A stretch of DNA of 64,000 nucleotides from Heptranchias perlo (Eukaryota), in assembly GCF_035084215.1 (NCBI RefSeq), contig NC_090329.1:42036001-42100000 (forward strand), in the 5' to 3' direction. The first letter of the stretch is position 1. Every line of letters starts with the position of its first letter. Below are positions 12,974-26,008 of the stretch, one piece after another. The notes under the pieces are model-generated. The model was given only the letters and a program-made list of their open reading frames with translations. It was not told the origin of the DNA and did no database searches. The position numbers and the translations under genes were made by a program.

Positions 12974-13604
12974 GAGGCGATTTTCAACTGCCGGCTGCCC
13001 GTTTCTCGCCTGAGAAATGGACGGCCAGCAATTAAAAATCAAGGAGGGGGTTCCTTGGCCGCCCCATTGATGTGCAAGGCCCACTTGATGCAATTTTCAG
13101 GTGGTTCTGTTAATGGATGAGCAGCCTGCTCACCTGAAGCAGGTGACAGCCTGTTTAAATATGCAAATCTGGGTCCTATGCCAGTGGTAGGACCCTGATT
13201 GCAAATTTAAGGTACATACGCGTGGAGCGTGCATTATGCCTACTCCCCCCATTTGGCCCTGGTGCTAAGCGGCCTAACCAGGGGTCCTTAAAGGAACTGC
13301 CCAAGAAATGGCTAACAAAACATAATTATTTTATTTGGTGGGCCCAGGAGGAGCAGGAAAAACCCTGGCCTGCTGTCGGTTCATTCCAAATCCCCCCACT
13401 TGGCCTGACCGGCCGGTCAGATCAGCACGGGAGCCCGCATGCTTTCCCACCCTGCCACAACCGGCAGGCTGCAGCAGGATGTCCTCTTAGTGCCTGCAGC
13501 TCACCAGTGGCATGTTAAAAAGGCCTGGGCTTCAAAATGGCTTGGACCTCACTCCAGCACCAACAAGCTTAGTGCTCATTTTGGTGCTACTTGAAAATCA
13601 CCCC
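12974..13604 (+). mobile_element. Non-autonomous Harbinger-type element (related copy inverted at 26874-27469)
   Basis: Left end GAGGCGATTTTCAACTGCCGGCTGCC is close to the reverse complement of ~27444-27469. Right end TTGAAAATCACCCC. Confidence 0.6.
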
Positions 13605-14020
13605 TTATGGCTCCTGTTAAACTCTTTCCTCAGCTGTGAAAGCCTTTTTGAAGTCTTTGAAGTAAGTACTGAAATCAAAGTATTAATTTTGCCTAGTCCT
13701 ATTTGTGAGTGGGTCACTGACCTTCTCTTATGTACTCATAGATATGAAAACCTCACATAACCATTTGAATCTATTACTTTAGTTCTATCAGTTCCATGAC
13801 AACACCAAATAACTTGCAATTTGTAAATAACTGATTGCCAACATTAGGAGTGGTAAAGTAGGTAAAGCACGACATAACAAAATATTGGTTAACCACACTT
13901 TAATGCAACAAATATGTTTACGGATAAAAGAAAGTAAAAACATCTTTCAGCTTGTGACATCTAAACAAAAGTAGTCAGTGTTTTTTTTTAGAAACCTAGA
14001 TGAATGGCCAAGACCCATAG

Positions 14021-14330
14021 GCCTAGAAATTTGGCCATGCAATGCACGGTTTTTGGGTGCTAAATTGCCTCCTGAGCCTCCAATATGGCAGACAGGAAGT
14101 GGATACTTGTTATGAGCTGGAAATGCGTCGCCTGCCATGCCAAAAAATCGGTGTTCAGTGCCCGCGCCTAAAACAGGTGTTAGGCCCTTTGCAAATAAGG
14201 GGCCGAATGCCTGTTTGAGGCCCCCACTGTAAGATTGGTTTGCCCTGAAGACCAGGCCTGCGGGGAAGTACTAGATGGCTAGTACCCATGCTTTGTACTC
14301 CAGGAAAATTCAGAGCCTTCCGACCAGGAA
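14021..14330 (+). mobile_element. Harbinger end fragment or MITE
   Basis: First ~70 bp (GGCCTAGAAATTTGGCC...CAATATGGC) resemble the left end of the 48132 Harbinger. The right boundary is uncertain. Confidence 0.5.
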
Positions 14331-17300
14331 TGGAGAAAATGGGGAAAGAAAATAAATGATGAAAACCTATCTTCTTCTATGCTTTGACTGTTACAGTTTG
14401 CCCCGGTGAAGCATAAACAGAATGACCATGCACATTCTAAAACAAACAGTTCATGTCAAATATATTTTACCTCTTTTGTGTGTCGAAAGAGTCTCTTAAT
14501 GAGTAAGAGGCATAGAGGACAAAAGCTCTGGGGTGTGTTTGTTTTCAAGGTGTGCACAGAGATAGGTCAGAGGATGGGGAACATTAAGCTTTTGTATTCA
14601 TCGTGCTGAAATTAAAAATGGTATCATGGAAACGGCCTCAAATAACATCAAGTGGTTTATGTGTGTGTAGGATTCTATGGAATGTTATGTTACACTGAGT
14701 GATGTCATCGGATGGTGTTTTTTAGTTTAGCTTTGGTTAACCAAATATTGAGAGGTTTGTGTGCACGGAGTCCTGTTGGATATTAAGTGGTGTAAGAGAG
14801 CCGTTTGGCTTTCAGTCAAAATTCCTCCTCTTCCTGCTGGATGCTGCACAATGCTCGCTTGTATCTGAAAACAAGGTGGAGGATTGCTATTTGCCAGGAG
14901 CTTGCACATGGCCTATAAGGTTACATCGAAGATAAGACGATTCTGTTTGCGGTGTTGACGTCTATGCTCCCAGGCTTCCACTTTCCCATTGCGCTGACAG
15001 GGCTGATGGTAATGACATTATGCTGTAAAGTGACAGGCTCTATTTGCTCTGTGTCTGTGCAGTTCCTGAGGTGTTCTGGGAAGTTTGCCAATTTTTCTCT
15101 ACAAAGGCAGCTTCTCATTAGGATGAGCTTAGGTTGAGCAATTTCTTGGTATAAGAGACATGACTGTGATCATCCTTGCCACAAACTGGTTATGCAACTG
15201 CCTTAATAACTATAACACCTTCATTTTTCTTAAATTAGAAGGAGAACACAAAAGAAAGTTTGATTGGTAGCTGAAATGAAAATGTGCCCTTTCACTTTCT
15301 GCAAAGGGTCTTTTTGCAAATATTCAGAAGGCAGCTCAGTTACTGGAGACAAGAGGCTTTGGGCTCCCAGCCAGAGTGCTCAGGTTTGAATCCCAGTCTC
15401 CGCTGACGCTCAAACATGTCTGCCCTCTCTGGACAGCTTTTATCGGATCTCAGTCAGCCTCCCAGTGGTCCACATTGAGCGGAAGTACAATGCTCTGGTG
15501 CGCAGTGAGAGAAAACTATCAATCTCACGTTGCAGAAGTTCACCGCCTGTTGGTCACCTCCAGTGTGGTGTTGATGGTGATTTATAAAAGAAATTTGCCA
15601 TTACAGCACTCCCATGTATAAAGGCTATCACATATGAGAGAATTCCTGTTTTTAACATGGTAATTGGATAGCCTCATTCAGATGAGCAAGAAAACAGCCT
15701 GGCAAAACCTATGATTCCATAAGGTTTTGTGCCATGAAGAAAATACAGAGGCCTGGAACCCAGAAAACATGCACCGAGATCAGATTTTCTAAGAATTTTA
15801 AACTGCTATCATTTTAAAATAACAAAGGAAATAATATCAGAGATCTAAATGAACACTTGGCATGCAGCTGTTGTCTTATTAAGTGGGCCCAGATTTGCAG
15901 CATGTGACTAAAGCTAAGTAGGAGTTTAACATATTTTTGGTCAATTTTCTCCCCTTTCTGCTCCTTCTCTGAAGTATATTATGTATATGTTTGTTACAAT
16001 TTTCTGGTTTGCGTTAGATATTTTCTTGCATTCAGTGGTGCTGGTCACTCCCATAAGCTGTCTTATGTTCAGGGATATGCACCATATTTAATCATATGAT
16101 AGAATAACCCAGGGGGAGCAATAATTAGTTAAACCTTGTGATCTAAACTGGATATTGTGTCTTTCACATGTGCCCTCATTTGTGCTTCTCTAGTCTTTCA
16201 GTAGATTGACTGAAAACACTTTAGTGAGACGAGGACAGATATGAATCGTTATAATCAAAACTCACTTACTTCACTTAACTTCAAACCCTTCTTCGTGAAT
16301 ATGAAAAATGATAAACCACGCTGCCTTGCCCTGGGTTAGTGGGCTGACTATTTCTTGCTTCGATCAGTCGAGCATAGAAACAGACCAAGGCCTACAGTTA
16401 ACTGCCTTTCTTGCCTTTTTCTCAGAAGACCATCTTGACTGATCGACCTTGAACATGGGTTTTTCACTTTTTTGTTACTTGTGACAGCAGGAAGTGAATG
16501 TCTGTCTCTCCAAATTATTCCCCGCTCAGTGATTCACTGGTAGGCCTGTCAGTACAAACAGCTATTTTGCCTCCCACAAAAGCGGATTCTTAGCAGATAC
16601 TCCATTCTAGGTTCAAATGAATAAGTTATTCCAGAGAAAATGGCTGTCTGTGATTGTAGGAAGCATGAGATGAGATCACAAATTAACTATTGTCCCTGGT
16701 CATTGTGTAAACACATTTTCAATGTCAGGCACATTAACACTTAAATGCCTATTTGTCTCAGTGACTACGGCATATGGCCGCATCATGTTTTAGGATTTTT
16801 GACTACTTTCCACAGAAAGGATATGGAAAATAGTTATATTCAAATGTTTGATTTTTTTTTAAAGCAAAGTGTATTCACACAAATTTTAAAGAACAGAGCA
16901 CTGAGATGAAAGGTGGTTAAAATGCTAATGAACTAGGCATTCCCACAAAGACTGTAAACAATGCATAATTAAATAGCCTGCCTGGCAATTGATAAACACC
17001 TCACAACTATTGTGTTGCTGTGTTCTTGGTTCCAAGTGCTTGGCAGGAGATATCTGGCATAAGCTCTCCTGTTGGCCTGTGACGATAAAAGCAGAGACAG
17101 AAACACTCACTGACGGTCAGGTTATTAAAACAGAAAGTTGCAAGAGCAAGCCGTCACCAGGCTCAGAAGAATACAATGCAGGAGGATAGCTAGAAGTTAT
17201 GTGATTTAAGTGGAGTGCTCATTATTTTGTATTATTATGTGAAAATGAGTTGTACTGATCAAATTAAATGAGCCTGATCATAAACTGTTGCTCTGAACAT

Positions 17301-17586
17301 TCACTTGCTGTGAAATAAAACAGCTTAATGATTCATATTTGGCCTTGTCTTACCAAACGTTTTCTCGGTCTGCCTTCAAGAAGATTAAAGAGGTGCACAT
17401 GGGGACTCAGATTTAGATCACAAGTGGGCATTATTGTTACACCCCTGGGTTACCCTAGTTAGATATTGGGCAACACAAGCGTAAGACTCTCATACTGTTT
17501 ACAGAAGTGATAGCGCCGCTGTACCTGCGAGAACATCTAAGGCAAGACCCGAATTTATAACAGGAGAGTTCTAAACCTGTGTGAAT

Positions 17587-18040
17587 TACATAGAATTTAC
17601 AGCACAGAAACAGGCCATTCGGCCCAACTTGTCTACGCCGGTGTTTATACTCCACATGACCCTCCTCCCACCCTAATTCATCCAACCCTATCAGCATATC
17701 CTCTATTCCTTTCTCCCTCATGTGTTTATCTAGCTCCCCTTTTAATGCATCTACGCTATTCGCCTCAACCATTCCATGTGGTAGCATGTTCCACATTCTA
17801 ACTAGTATCTAGGTAAAGAGGTTTCTCCTGAATTCCTTATTGGATTTATTAGTGACTGTCTTATATTTTCAACCCCTAGTTTTGGTCTCCCCCACAAGTG
17901 GAAACATCTTCTCTACATCTACCCTATCAAACCCTTTCATAATCTCTCAGTTCTGGTATCATCCATGTAAATCTTTTTTTTACATCTTCTTCAGTACCTC
18001 TATATTCTTTTTGTAACATGGTGCACAGTACTGTAAGTGT
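17587..18040 (-). mobile_element. CR1 3' fragment
   Basis: Translation WNMLPHGMVEANSVDALKGELDKHM; 3'UTR motif gggccgaatggcctg. Confidence 0.85.
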
Positions 18041-18814
18041 GAACCTATTGTAATTTAAGCACATCACTTAAATGTAACTCATTTCGAAATGTTCATTTGT
18101 GGAAAGTGGCGAAAAAATCCCGAAATGTGAAAGTGTTAAACAAAAAATCAGGTTGAGTTTCATTTGTTTCCATCTTTTCTTACAATGTTCTTCACCAATG
18201 TATGTACAAGGAAATAGGAAAAGGCTGAAAAAAATGACAATGATCTGAGAGCAGTACAGACAAAATTGCCCCATTAATACCGCCGCAGCAGCAAGCAAGC
18301 AGTGGAGGAATGGAAAGGAAATAAACATATTTTTGACAAATTGAGCTTTGTTGAATGAGACAAAATTAGAATGGCTACAACTACCATCAATTAAACTACC
18401 ATTAATACAAATAGCCCGGAATTGAGCTGGATCCATGATTGATGTATGAACCGATTGTGGTTACAGGCAAATGACTATGTAATGGATCAGTTCACAGTTA
18501 TTAGCATTTTTTTGAACAAATGTTCTTAGATAAGATGTATTGTGGAACTGGAACCCTTTGTAAGTTAAGTCTTTTTGAACAAAACTTCTATAAAGGTACA
18601 ACCAACATTTTTCCACTGGTATTATTATTGCTAATTTTGTAAAACTTCTAATAATACTTGCATTTATATAGTGCCGATTTTTGTCTCACTACTGCCCCCT
18701 GACGCCTAAAAATGGGGCGGTAGCGGGACCAAAATTGCAAAAGAAAATGAACCAGTGACTTACTACTAGATGTCCACGCACTCCGACTTTGGGGCAGACC
18801 TTGGTTTAGACCAA

Positions 18815-19010
18815 GGCCAAGGCCTCATTGACTGTACACACATCACCCTGTGGGTTCCTTCACATGACCCCACTGCCTTTATGAATTACAAGGGTTTCCA
18901 CTCCGTAAATGTGCAACTGGTGTATGATCACCAGCAGCTCATCATGCTGGTCTGTGCCCGCTTTCTTGGCAGCTGCCATGATGTTTTCCTCTTGCGTCAA
19001 TCCTCTGTCT
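18815..19010 (+). pseudogene. HARBI1-like transposase catalytic-core fragment
   Basis: QGLIDCTHITL...FMNYKGFHSVNVQLVYDH...ARFLGSCHDVFLLRQS. Confidence 0.85.
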
Positions 19011-19480
19011 CACCCACAGGCAGGCATCACCTTGACCACATCGCATTGATCCAACCTATGACAATGAAGCACTTCCTCAACATTACAATGTAATCGACAC
19101 ACATTATATGCTCAGGTCCTGAGGTGAGGATTAAACCACCTCAGACATGCAGACACATGGCAGATGCAATATAATGCAGATAAGTGTGAAGTGACATGGA
19201 GAGGCAGTACAATCTAAATGGTACTATTTTGAGGGGGTGCAAGAACAGAGGGACCAGGGGGTGCATATTCACAAATCTTTGAAGGTGGCAAGGGAAGTTA
19301 ATAAGACAGTTAAGAAAGAGTATGGGATATTTGCTTTGTAAATAAGGGCATTGAATACATAAACAAGGAAGTCATGCTAAACCTTTACAAATCACTGATT
19401 AGGACTCAGTTGGAGTACTGTGTACAATTCAGGGCACCACACTTTAGGAAGGATGTCAAGGCCTTGGAGAGGGTACAGAG

Positions 19481-21110
19481 GAACTGGTCACGCCTCTAGC
19501 CAAACTGTTCCAGTACAGCTACAGCACTGGCATCTACCCGACAATGTGGAAAATTGCCCAGGTATGTCCTGTCCACAAAAAGCAGGACAAATCCAATCTG
19601 GCCAATTACCACCCCATTAGTCTACTCTCAATCATCAGCAAAGTGATGGAAGGTATCGTCGACAGTGCTATCAAGTGCCACTTACTCACCAATAACCTGC
19701 TCACTGATGCTGAGTTTGGGTTCCGCCAGGACCACTCGGCTCCAGACCTCATTACAGCCTTGGTCCAAACATGAACAAAAAAGCTGAATTCCAGACGTGA
19801 GGTGAGAGTGACTGCCCTTGACATCAAGGCAGCATTTGACCGAGTGTGGCACCAAGGAGCCCTAGTAAAATTGAAGTCAATGGGAATCAGGGGGAAAACT
19901 CTCCAGTGGCTGGAGTCATACCGAGCACGAAGGAAGATGGTCGTGGTTGTTGGAGGCCAATCATCTCAGCCCCAGGACATTGCTGCAGAAGTTCCTCAGG
20001 GCGGTGTCATCAATGACCTTCCCTCCATCTTAAGGTCAGAAATAGGGATGTTCACTGATGATTGCACAGTGTTCAGTTCCATTCGCAACCCCTCAGATAA
20101 TGAAGCTGTCCGAGCCAAATGAACAAGACCTGGACAGCATCCAGGCTTGGGTTGATAAGTGGCAAGTAACATTCGCACCAGACAAGTGCCAGGCAATGAC
20201 CATCTCCAACAAGAGAGAGTCTAACCACCTACCCTTGACATTCAACGGCATTACCATCGCCGAATCCCCCGCCATCAACATCCTGGGGGTCACCATTGAC
20301 CAGAAACTTAACTGGACCAGCCACATAAATATTATGGCTACAAGAGCAGGTCAGAGGCTGGGTATTCTGCATTGAGTGACTCACCTCCTGACTCCCCAAA
20401 GCCTTTCCATCATCTACAAGGTACAAGTCAGGAGTGTGATGGAATACTCTCCACTTGCTTGGATGAGTGCAGCTCCAACAACGCTCAAGAAGCTCGACAC
20501 CATCCAGGACAAAGCAGCCCACTTGATTGACACCCCATCCACCACCCTACACATTCACTCCCTTCACCACCGGCGCACCGTAGCTGCAGTGTGTACCATC
20601 CACAGGATGCACTGCAGCAACTTACCAAGGCTTCTTCGACAGCACCTCCCAAACCCACAACATCTACCACCTAGAAGGACAAGGGCAGCAGTCACATGGG
20701 AACAACACCACCTGTACGTTCCCCTCCAAGCCACACACCATCCCGACTTGGAAATAAATCACCGTTCCTTCATCGTCACTGGGTCAAAATCCTGGAACTT
20801 CCTACCTAACAGCATTGTGGGAGAACCTTCACCACATGGACTGCAGCAGTTCAAGAAGGCGGCTCACCACCAACTTCTCAAGGGCTGATGTGGAGATGCC
20901 GGTGATGGACTGGGGTTGACAATTGTAAACAATTTTACAACACCAAGTTATAGTCCAGCAATTTTATTTTAAATTCACAAGCTTGTGAATTTAAAATAAA
21001 ATTGCTGGACTATAACTTGGTGTTGTAAAATTGTTCTCAAGGGCTATTAGGGATGGGCAATAAATGCTGGCCTCGCCAGCAACGCCCACATCTCATGATC
21101 GAATAAAAAC
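19481..21110 (+). mobile_element. 5'-truncated Zenon-like LINE (RT through 3' tail)
   Basis: WKIAQVCPVHKK, PISLLSIISKVME, ALDIKAAFDRVWHQG, FTDD, YKVQVRSVMEY. Candidate TSD ACAGAGGA/ACAAAGGA. Confidence 0.92.
20887..21035. mobile_element. Short insertion containing a perfect 108-bp palindrome (putative Penelope-like element terminus)
   Basis: 20928-20981 is the exact reverse complement of 20982-21035. Flanking direct repeat TTCTCAAGGGCT at 20875-20886 and 21034-21045. The Penelope assignment is inference. Confidence 0.7.
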
Positions 21111-21573
21111 AAAGGAGGTTTACCAGGATGATACCAGGGATGAGGACCTTCAGTTATTTGGAGAGATTGGAGAAGTTGGGATTGTTCTTCTTAGAGCAGA
21201 GAAGGTTAAGGGGAAACCTAATAGAGGTATTCAAAATTATGTGGGGTTTTGATAGATCCAGTAGGGAGAAACAGTTTCCCCTGGCAATTGAGTCGGTAAC
21301 CAGAGGTCATAGATTTAAAATAATTGGCAAATGAACTAGAGGGGAAATGAGGAGACATTTTTTCACACAGAGGGTTGTTAAGATCTGGAATGCACTACCT
21401 GAAAGGGTGGTGGAAGCAGATTCAAAAGGCAAGTGGACATGTACTTGAAGAGGACTAATTTGCAGGGTTATGGGGAAATAGCTGGGGTGTGGGACTAAAA
21501 TGGACAGCTCTTTCAAAAAGCTGGCACAGGTACCTTGGGCCGAATGGTCTCCTTCTGTTTTGTAAGATTCTAT

Positions 21574-23145
21574 GGGCTTCATTTTAGCACCCGCTATCGG
21601 GTGCGTTCCTGGCGGGGGGGCTCCGAAAATCGGGGTATCCCGGAGCGGGTCCGGAGCCCGGCTCCAACCCGCCCACTTCCGGGTTCCCCACAGACGCGCC
21701 GACGTGCGCGCGCAGCCCCCGCATGTGGGAATCCCGCAGGCAATTATGTGAGGAGGGGTGGGATTTTACAAACAACTGGGACTGTTTCCCACACTGGGGG
21801 AAACACTCCCAGTTGAAATGGACGTGTTGCAGCTGTCAGCCTGTGGCAGCTGCAAAGGTCCATTTGACAGGTTGTGGGGGGGAGACCCTCACTCATTGCA
21901 GGAGGCCACTCTGTCACTTGGGACAAAGTTTGGTCTTCACCACCCTCCTCCTGACAAGAAAATTCACCAACTTGCACACTTACCCCGGAGTCCAGACACA
22001 TGTACCTACCTTGCGGACCCCCTCAGATGTACATCTTATGGATGGGGGCCGCATCCTTCCAGGGTGCCACCGGGGACATCACCGACGTCTCCACAAAAGA
22101 CCCCTGCAAATACACCTACACCACTCTGCAGTGACACAATGGGTGGCATCAGTTGTGGGTCTTCATTGTGATCCTCAGGAAAGGGCATTATTGCACAAAC
22201 CAGACAAGATTCGCGAAGACGTTACAGTAGTGGTGCCAATATAATATGTAATGTGAGTTGGTCAGAAATTCAATATAAGTAAAAACCATGACAAACCCTC
22301 AAACACCCTTGTGCATCCCCTTCATGCTCACGACACGTTTGCCTTACGCTGCCTACTGCACATATGTGATGCATGCCCTGTGGCTGCAACACAGGTATTG
22401 GCAGGTTGAGTGAGGCTGACTGTGAAAGAGATGCACGAGAGGGTGAGTATGAGATAGAGCCATGAGATTGTATGAGGATTGGGTTGAGTGGTACTGGCGG
22501 GATGAGTACTGGCGAGGTGAGTAAGTGCAGGTAAGATGAGGATGAGCTTTGAGTGGGTATGAGGGGTGATGTGACAGAGTAGTGTTGGCAGTGCAGAAGG
22601 AGATGTGGGGTGGGGGCGGTGATGTGGCAGATGGAATGTAGGGGAATGAGTAAGTGTACTCACTTTGGATGACCTACTTAGGTCATTGGAGCGACTCCTG
22701 CACTGTATGCAGGTGTGCGATATGTTGGTGCAGGTGACCTCCTCTGCCACCTTGAGCCAGGCCTTCCGGTGGCAGAGGCAGGCCGCTTCCTCCCGCCCGC
22801 CGGGGGGAAGATCTCTGTCCTCCCCCTCCTCCTCACCCCATCTAATGATACCTGGAGTGAGGCACCATTAAACCTGGGAGCAGCCTTGCCCCTGGGCTGC
22901 TCCATGCTGTAATTTTTTCTATTTGTTGCAGCATCTGTCAGTGGAGGACTGCCCCTTTAAATAGAGCTCCTCCAGCTGACAGACCTTACTGCGCATGCGC
23001 AGTCCGCCCGACGCGCAGATCAGCCGTGGGGAACCTGGAAGACCAGGTAAGTGGATCTAATTAGTCTGCGATCGCGTGAGGGGCAGACTGATTTCACCCA
23101 ATAGCCCCCCTGCCGCGAACACGCAGCCCTGGTAACATCGAGCCC
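21574..23145. mobile_element. Non-autonomous Harbinger derivative retaining a Myb/SANT exon but no transposase
   Basis: TIRs GGGCTTCATTTT / AACATCGAGCCC; TSD TAT/TAT inside the CR1 tail. The left subterminal region is homologous to 58476-58520. Confidence 0.85.
22663..22907 (-). pseudogene. Myb/SANT (trihelix) exon 1 relic with a frameshift
   Basis: MEQPRGKAAPRFNGASLQVSLDGVRRR...WLKVAEEV...CIQCRSRSNDLSRSSK, followed by donor gtgagt. Confidence 0.8.
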
Positions 23146-26008
23146 TATGATTCTAACCTCCTAACTCAGGTAAGCATACTTTAACTGAGCCAAACTGACA
23201 TGAAAATTGGAAAATAATGGAGTGGGGGACTTACCCAGTCCTTTCATGCCTCGATTTGACCAATTGCAATTTTATTGCAGTTGTCAGGGACACCTGCCCC
23301 AAGCCGGCGGGGTCCTCTTTAAATATACAGATCAGGCTCCAATCATAGCATCAGAACCCGACCTTCTACTTTAACCCAAGGCCTGAGCGGAGAGCAGTGG
23401 TGCCTTCCCCACTCAGTCCAAACCTGGCGGGAGATGCATCGAGAGCCAGAAGAGACACGGTCAGGTAAGTTTTAAAAATGTTTTTAAGAAACCTTGGGCC
23501 TCCCTTGCCCCAGGCTTCCCCCCTCTCCCGATTGAGATTATCTCTGGGACCCCTCCCCCCCACTTAACTGACTGCCGGGGACCATTCCCGGGAGCCCTGG
23601 CGACGGCCTCTTGTCGCCCGAATTCCCACTTCCACCTGCCGTCCGTGTAGGATTCCTAATTGAAAATGAGGCTCAGGAGTTAAAATCTCTCCAGGCCTCA
23701 ACATGCGAGTTTGTTGCTCGCCCAGGGCCTCTGCACACACCGATCCTGCCCTGACTTAAAATAGAGGCCATTGTTTCCATTATAACAAGAACCACTTGGC
23801 ATTATTTAAAATAAATAGGTTAACATTCCAAAAAAGTAGCAGATAAAATAATTTCATAAGAAAGTGTTAAACGTGAATACGCTAATATTTGAAGAGCCTA
23901 ATTTCATGGGATAAATATTTCATTAGAGGCTTTTAAAAACATGTAAAAGAAATGTTTTTTAAAGTAAGGTGTACCCTAACTGTTGAGGTCTACAGAAAGC
24001 TGAATGATTTTTCTCCCCTGACCTTCTCTCCATCCCTGCAGTCCGCACGCTGTTTAAATGCTCCCATGTGCTACCTTGAAAGTATAAATGCCTCAGCCAG
24101 ACATGAACTCATGGCTAATTTGTGGTATTTTGCAAAATTCATTTTGAATAATAAAGTCCACTTATACACAAAGTTCATTCTAAGTCCTTTAATTAGGTGT
24201 CTCATTTTTTGCAGTATGATTAAGCAGCATTACTTTATGAATGGTTCTGCAGGAAGGGACACACTTCTGAAAAATATTACCACTCTGAAGGTTAAAAAGA
24301 GATAAAATGGGTGGGTATAAAGACACTTTACGATTTGATTAGTAGATTTATTTCAATGTAGCTGGAAGCTGTGTGAGGGCGAATTCAGCTGCTGTCTGAT
24401 GTGGGTTTAGAATGCTTATGCTTTGATATATTCTTCAAATAAAATTTTTAAAGCAGAAATAATTTAAGTAATTAGAATGGTATGCCATGGAATTTCCATT
24501 GAAATTCAGAGACCGCGGGGATGACATCATTACATGTGGTGTAAATAGAGGATACACAACAAGACTTGGTGACTGATTTAAAAAATAATCCAATCAAATA
24601 GCTCATAAGCCACTCCACTTGATCAAATATCATGTTTGTACCAAACAATCACTCGTTGTACAAGCTTGTTTGGCTATTTTGCGATAAACAATTCCTATAT
24701 TGTCATGGAGACACAGGGCTGAGATCAATGTGGGAATGGGCTGGCTTCTCTATACATCCTGGAACACTAAAAAGTAGCTCTCAAAGTTACCATCTTTTTT
24801 ATTACCACAGTAATCTTGAAAAAATGGATACTATAACCTAAGATTAAATCATTGTAATCGATTTAAAACACTGACAGGAGGTAGGTAAGGCTTTAAAGCT
24901 GTCATCATTAGCTATGTGATAGTGTATGTCACCTAATGTATTGCCTTAATTTGAGGAGTCAAATAATGCCAGTTTCAGAAATAATTCACTGCAAATAAAG
25001 GATCAATATCCATTCCACACGTACGATATCAATTACAAATATGATTACCCTGGGTGTGTCTTTGTCTGTTTGTGTTGGAATACAGCAAAACAATAAAGGC
25101 ATAAGTATGAAGTGAGAGTAAGAATTAGAGACATAAAGAGAGACACAGAGTACATTTTACAAGTCAGCATTCCCAGTGCAAAGCTTGGTTAATGGGAGGG
25201 CAGGATGGACCATTGGGCAATGGAAGTCAGCAGGCCTGATTGTGGCCTTCCAATTCTTTAGTTAGAATTTAAGGACCGGAAAATTGAAGGTCGTGAATCA
25301 GGTGTATTGACCACTGCACATGATTGTTCGACTTGTCTCCCACTGAGTCAGATGGGAACGCTAACTCACAAAATTTACCCCAAAGAATGTGCACGTGTAT
25401 ATGTGGGAGAGAGAGAGTGCAGGCAGACAGGGCTAGCAGTGGCTGACCTGCAGACAGACTGCTACAATTCTTAACCAAGGTTCTGTCTGCTTGCTCATGT
25501 GAACATTAAAGCTGTAATTAGAAGATGGCAGGATTGTTATTCTGCAAGGATGAGATCAAATGGATCAAAAGACCATCTTCATCTGAATCTATCTTATCAC
25601 CTGCTGGCGATGTTTTCTATCTCTGTTCTTTAATAGTTGTCAGTGATTTATGTTTCTCTCTTTCTTTGTTTCATTTTATTATTTTGAATCTTTTCTTTGC
25701 TATTTTTATACATCCTACTCTTCCAGTTAATCTAATATTAGACGAGGAACAAATGGAAATTACCATGCTTCAGCCAACCCTGCTTTCACAAAAGTCGACT
25801 CATCTTTTCCTATATCTAATTTTGAATTTCAATTATCATTTATATAAGTATGGCAAGTTATTTTCAGAATCGTTAGAGAAAGAAACACAGTTAATGCTCC
25901 GATTTAGTCTATTGAATAGATGTGGCCGTATGAATTGTGTGAGGCAACAGAGGATCTTAGCAATATTATGACATTTTTCAGGCTATATATTGTCTTATAT
26001 ATTATATT

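Larger units (their letters stand above)
19148..21573 (+). mobile_element. CR1 LINE 3' half, split by a Zenon-like insertion (19481-21110)
   Basis: CR1 C-terminal motifs on both sides (LEYCVQF; MIPGMRTFSYLERLEKLGLFFLEQRRLRG). The TTCTATGA tail is completed after 23145. Confidence 0.85.
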
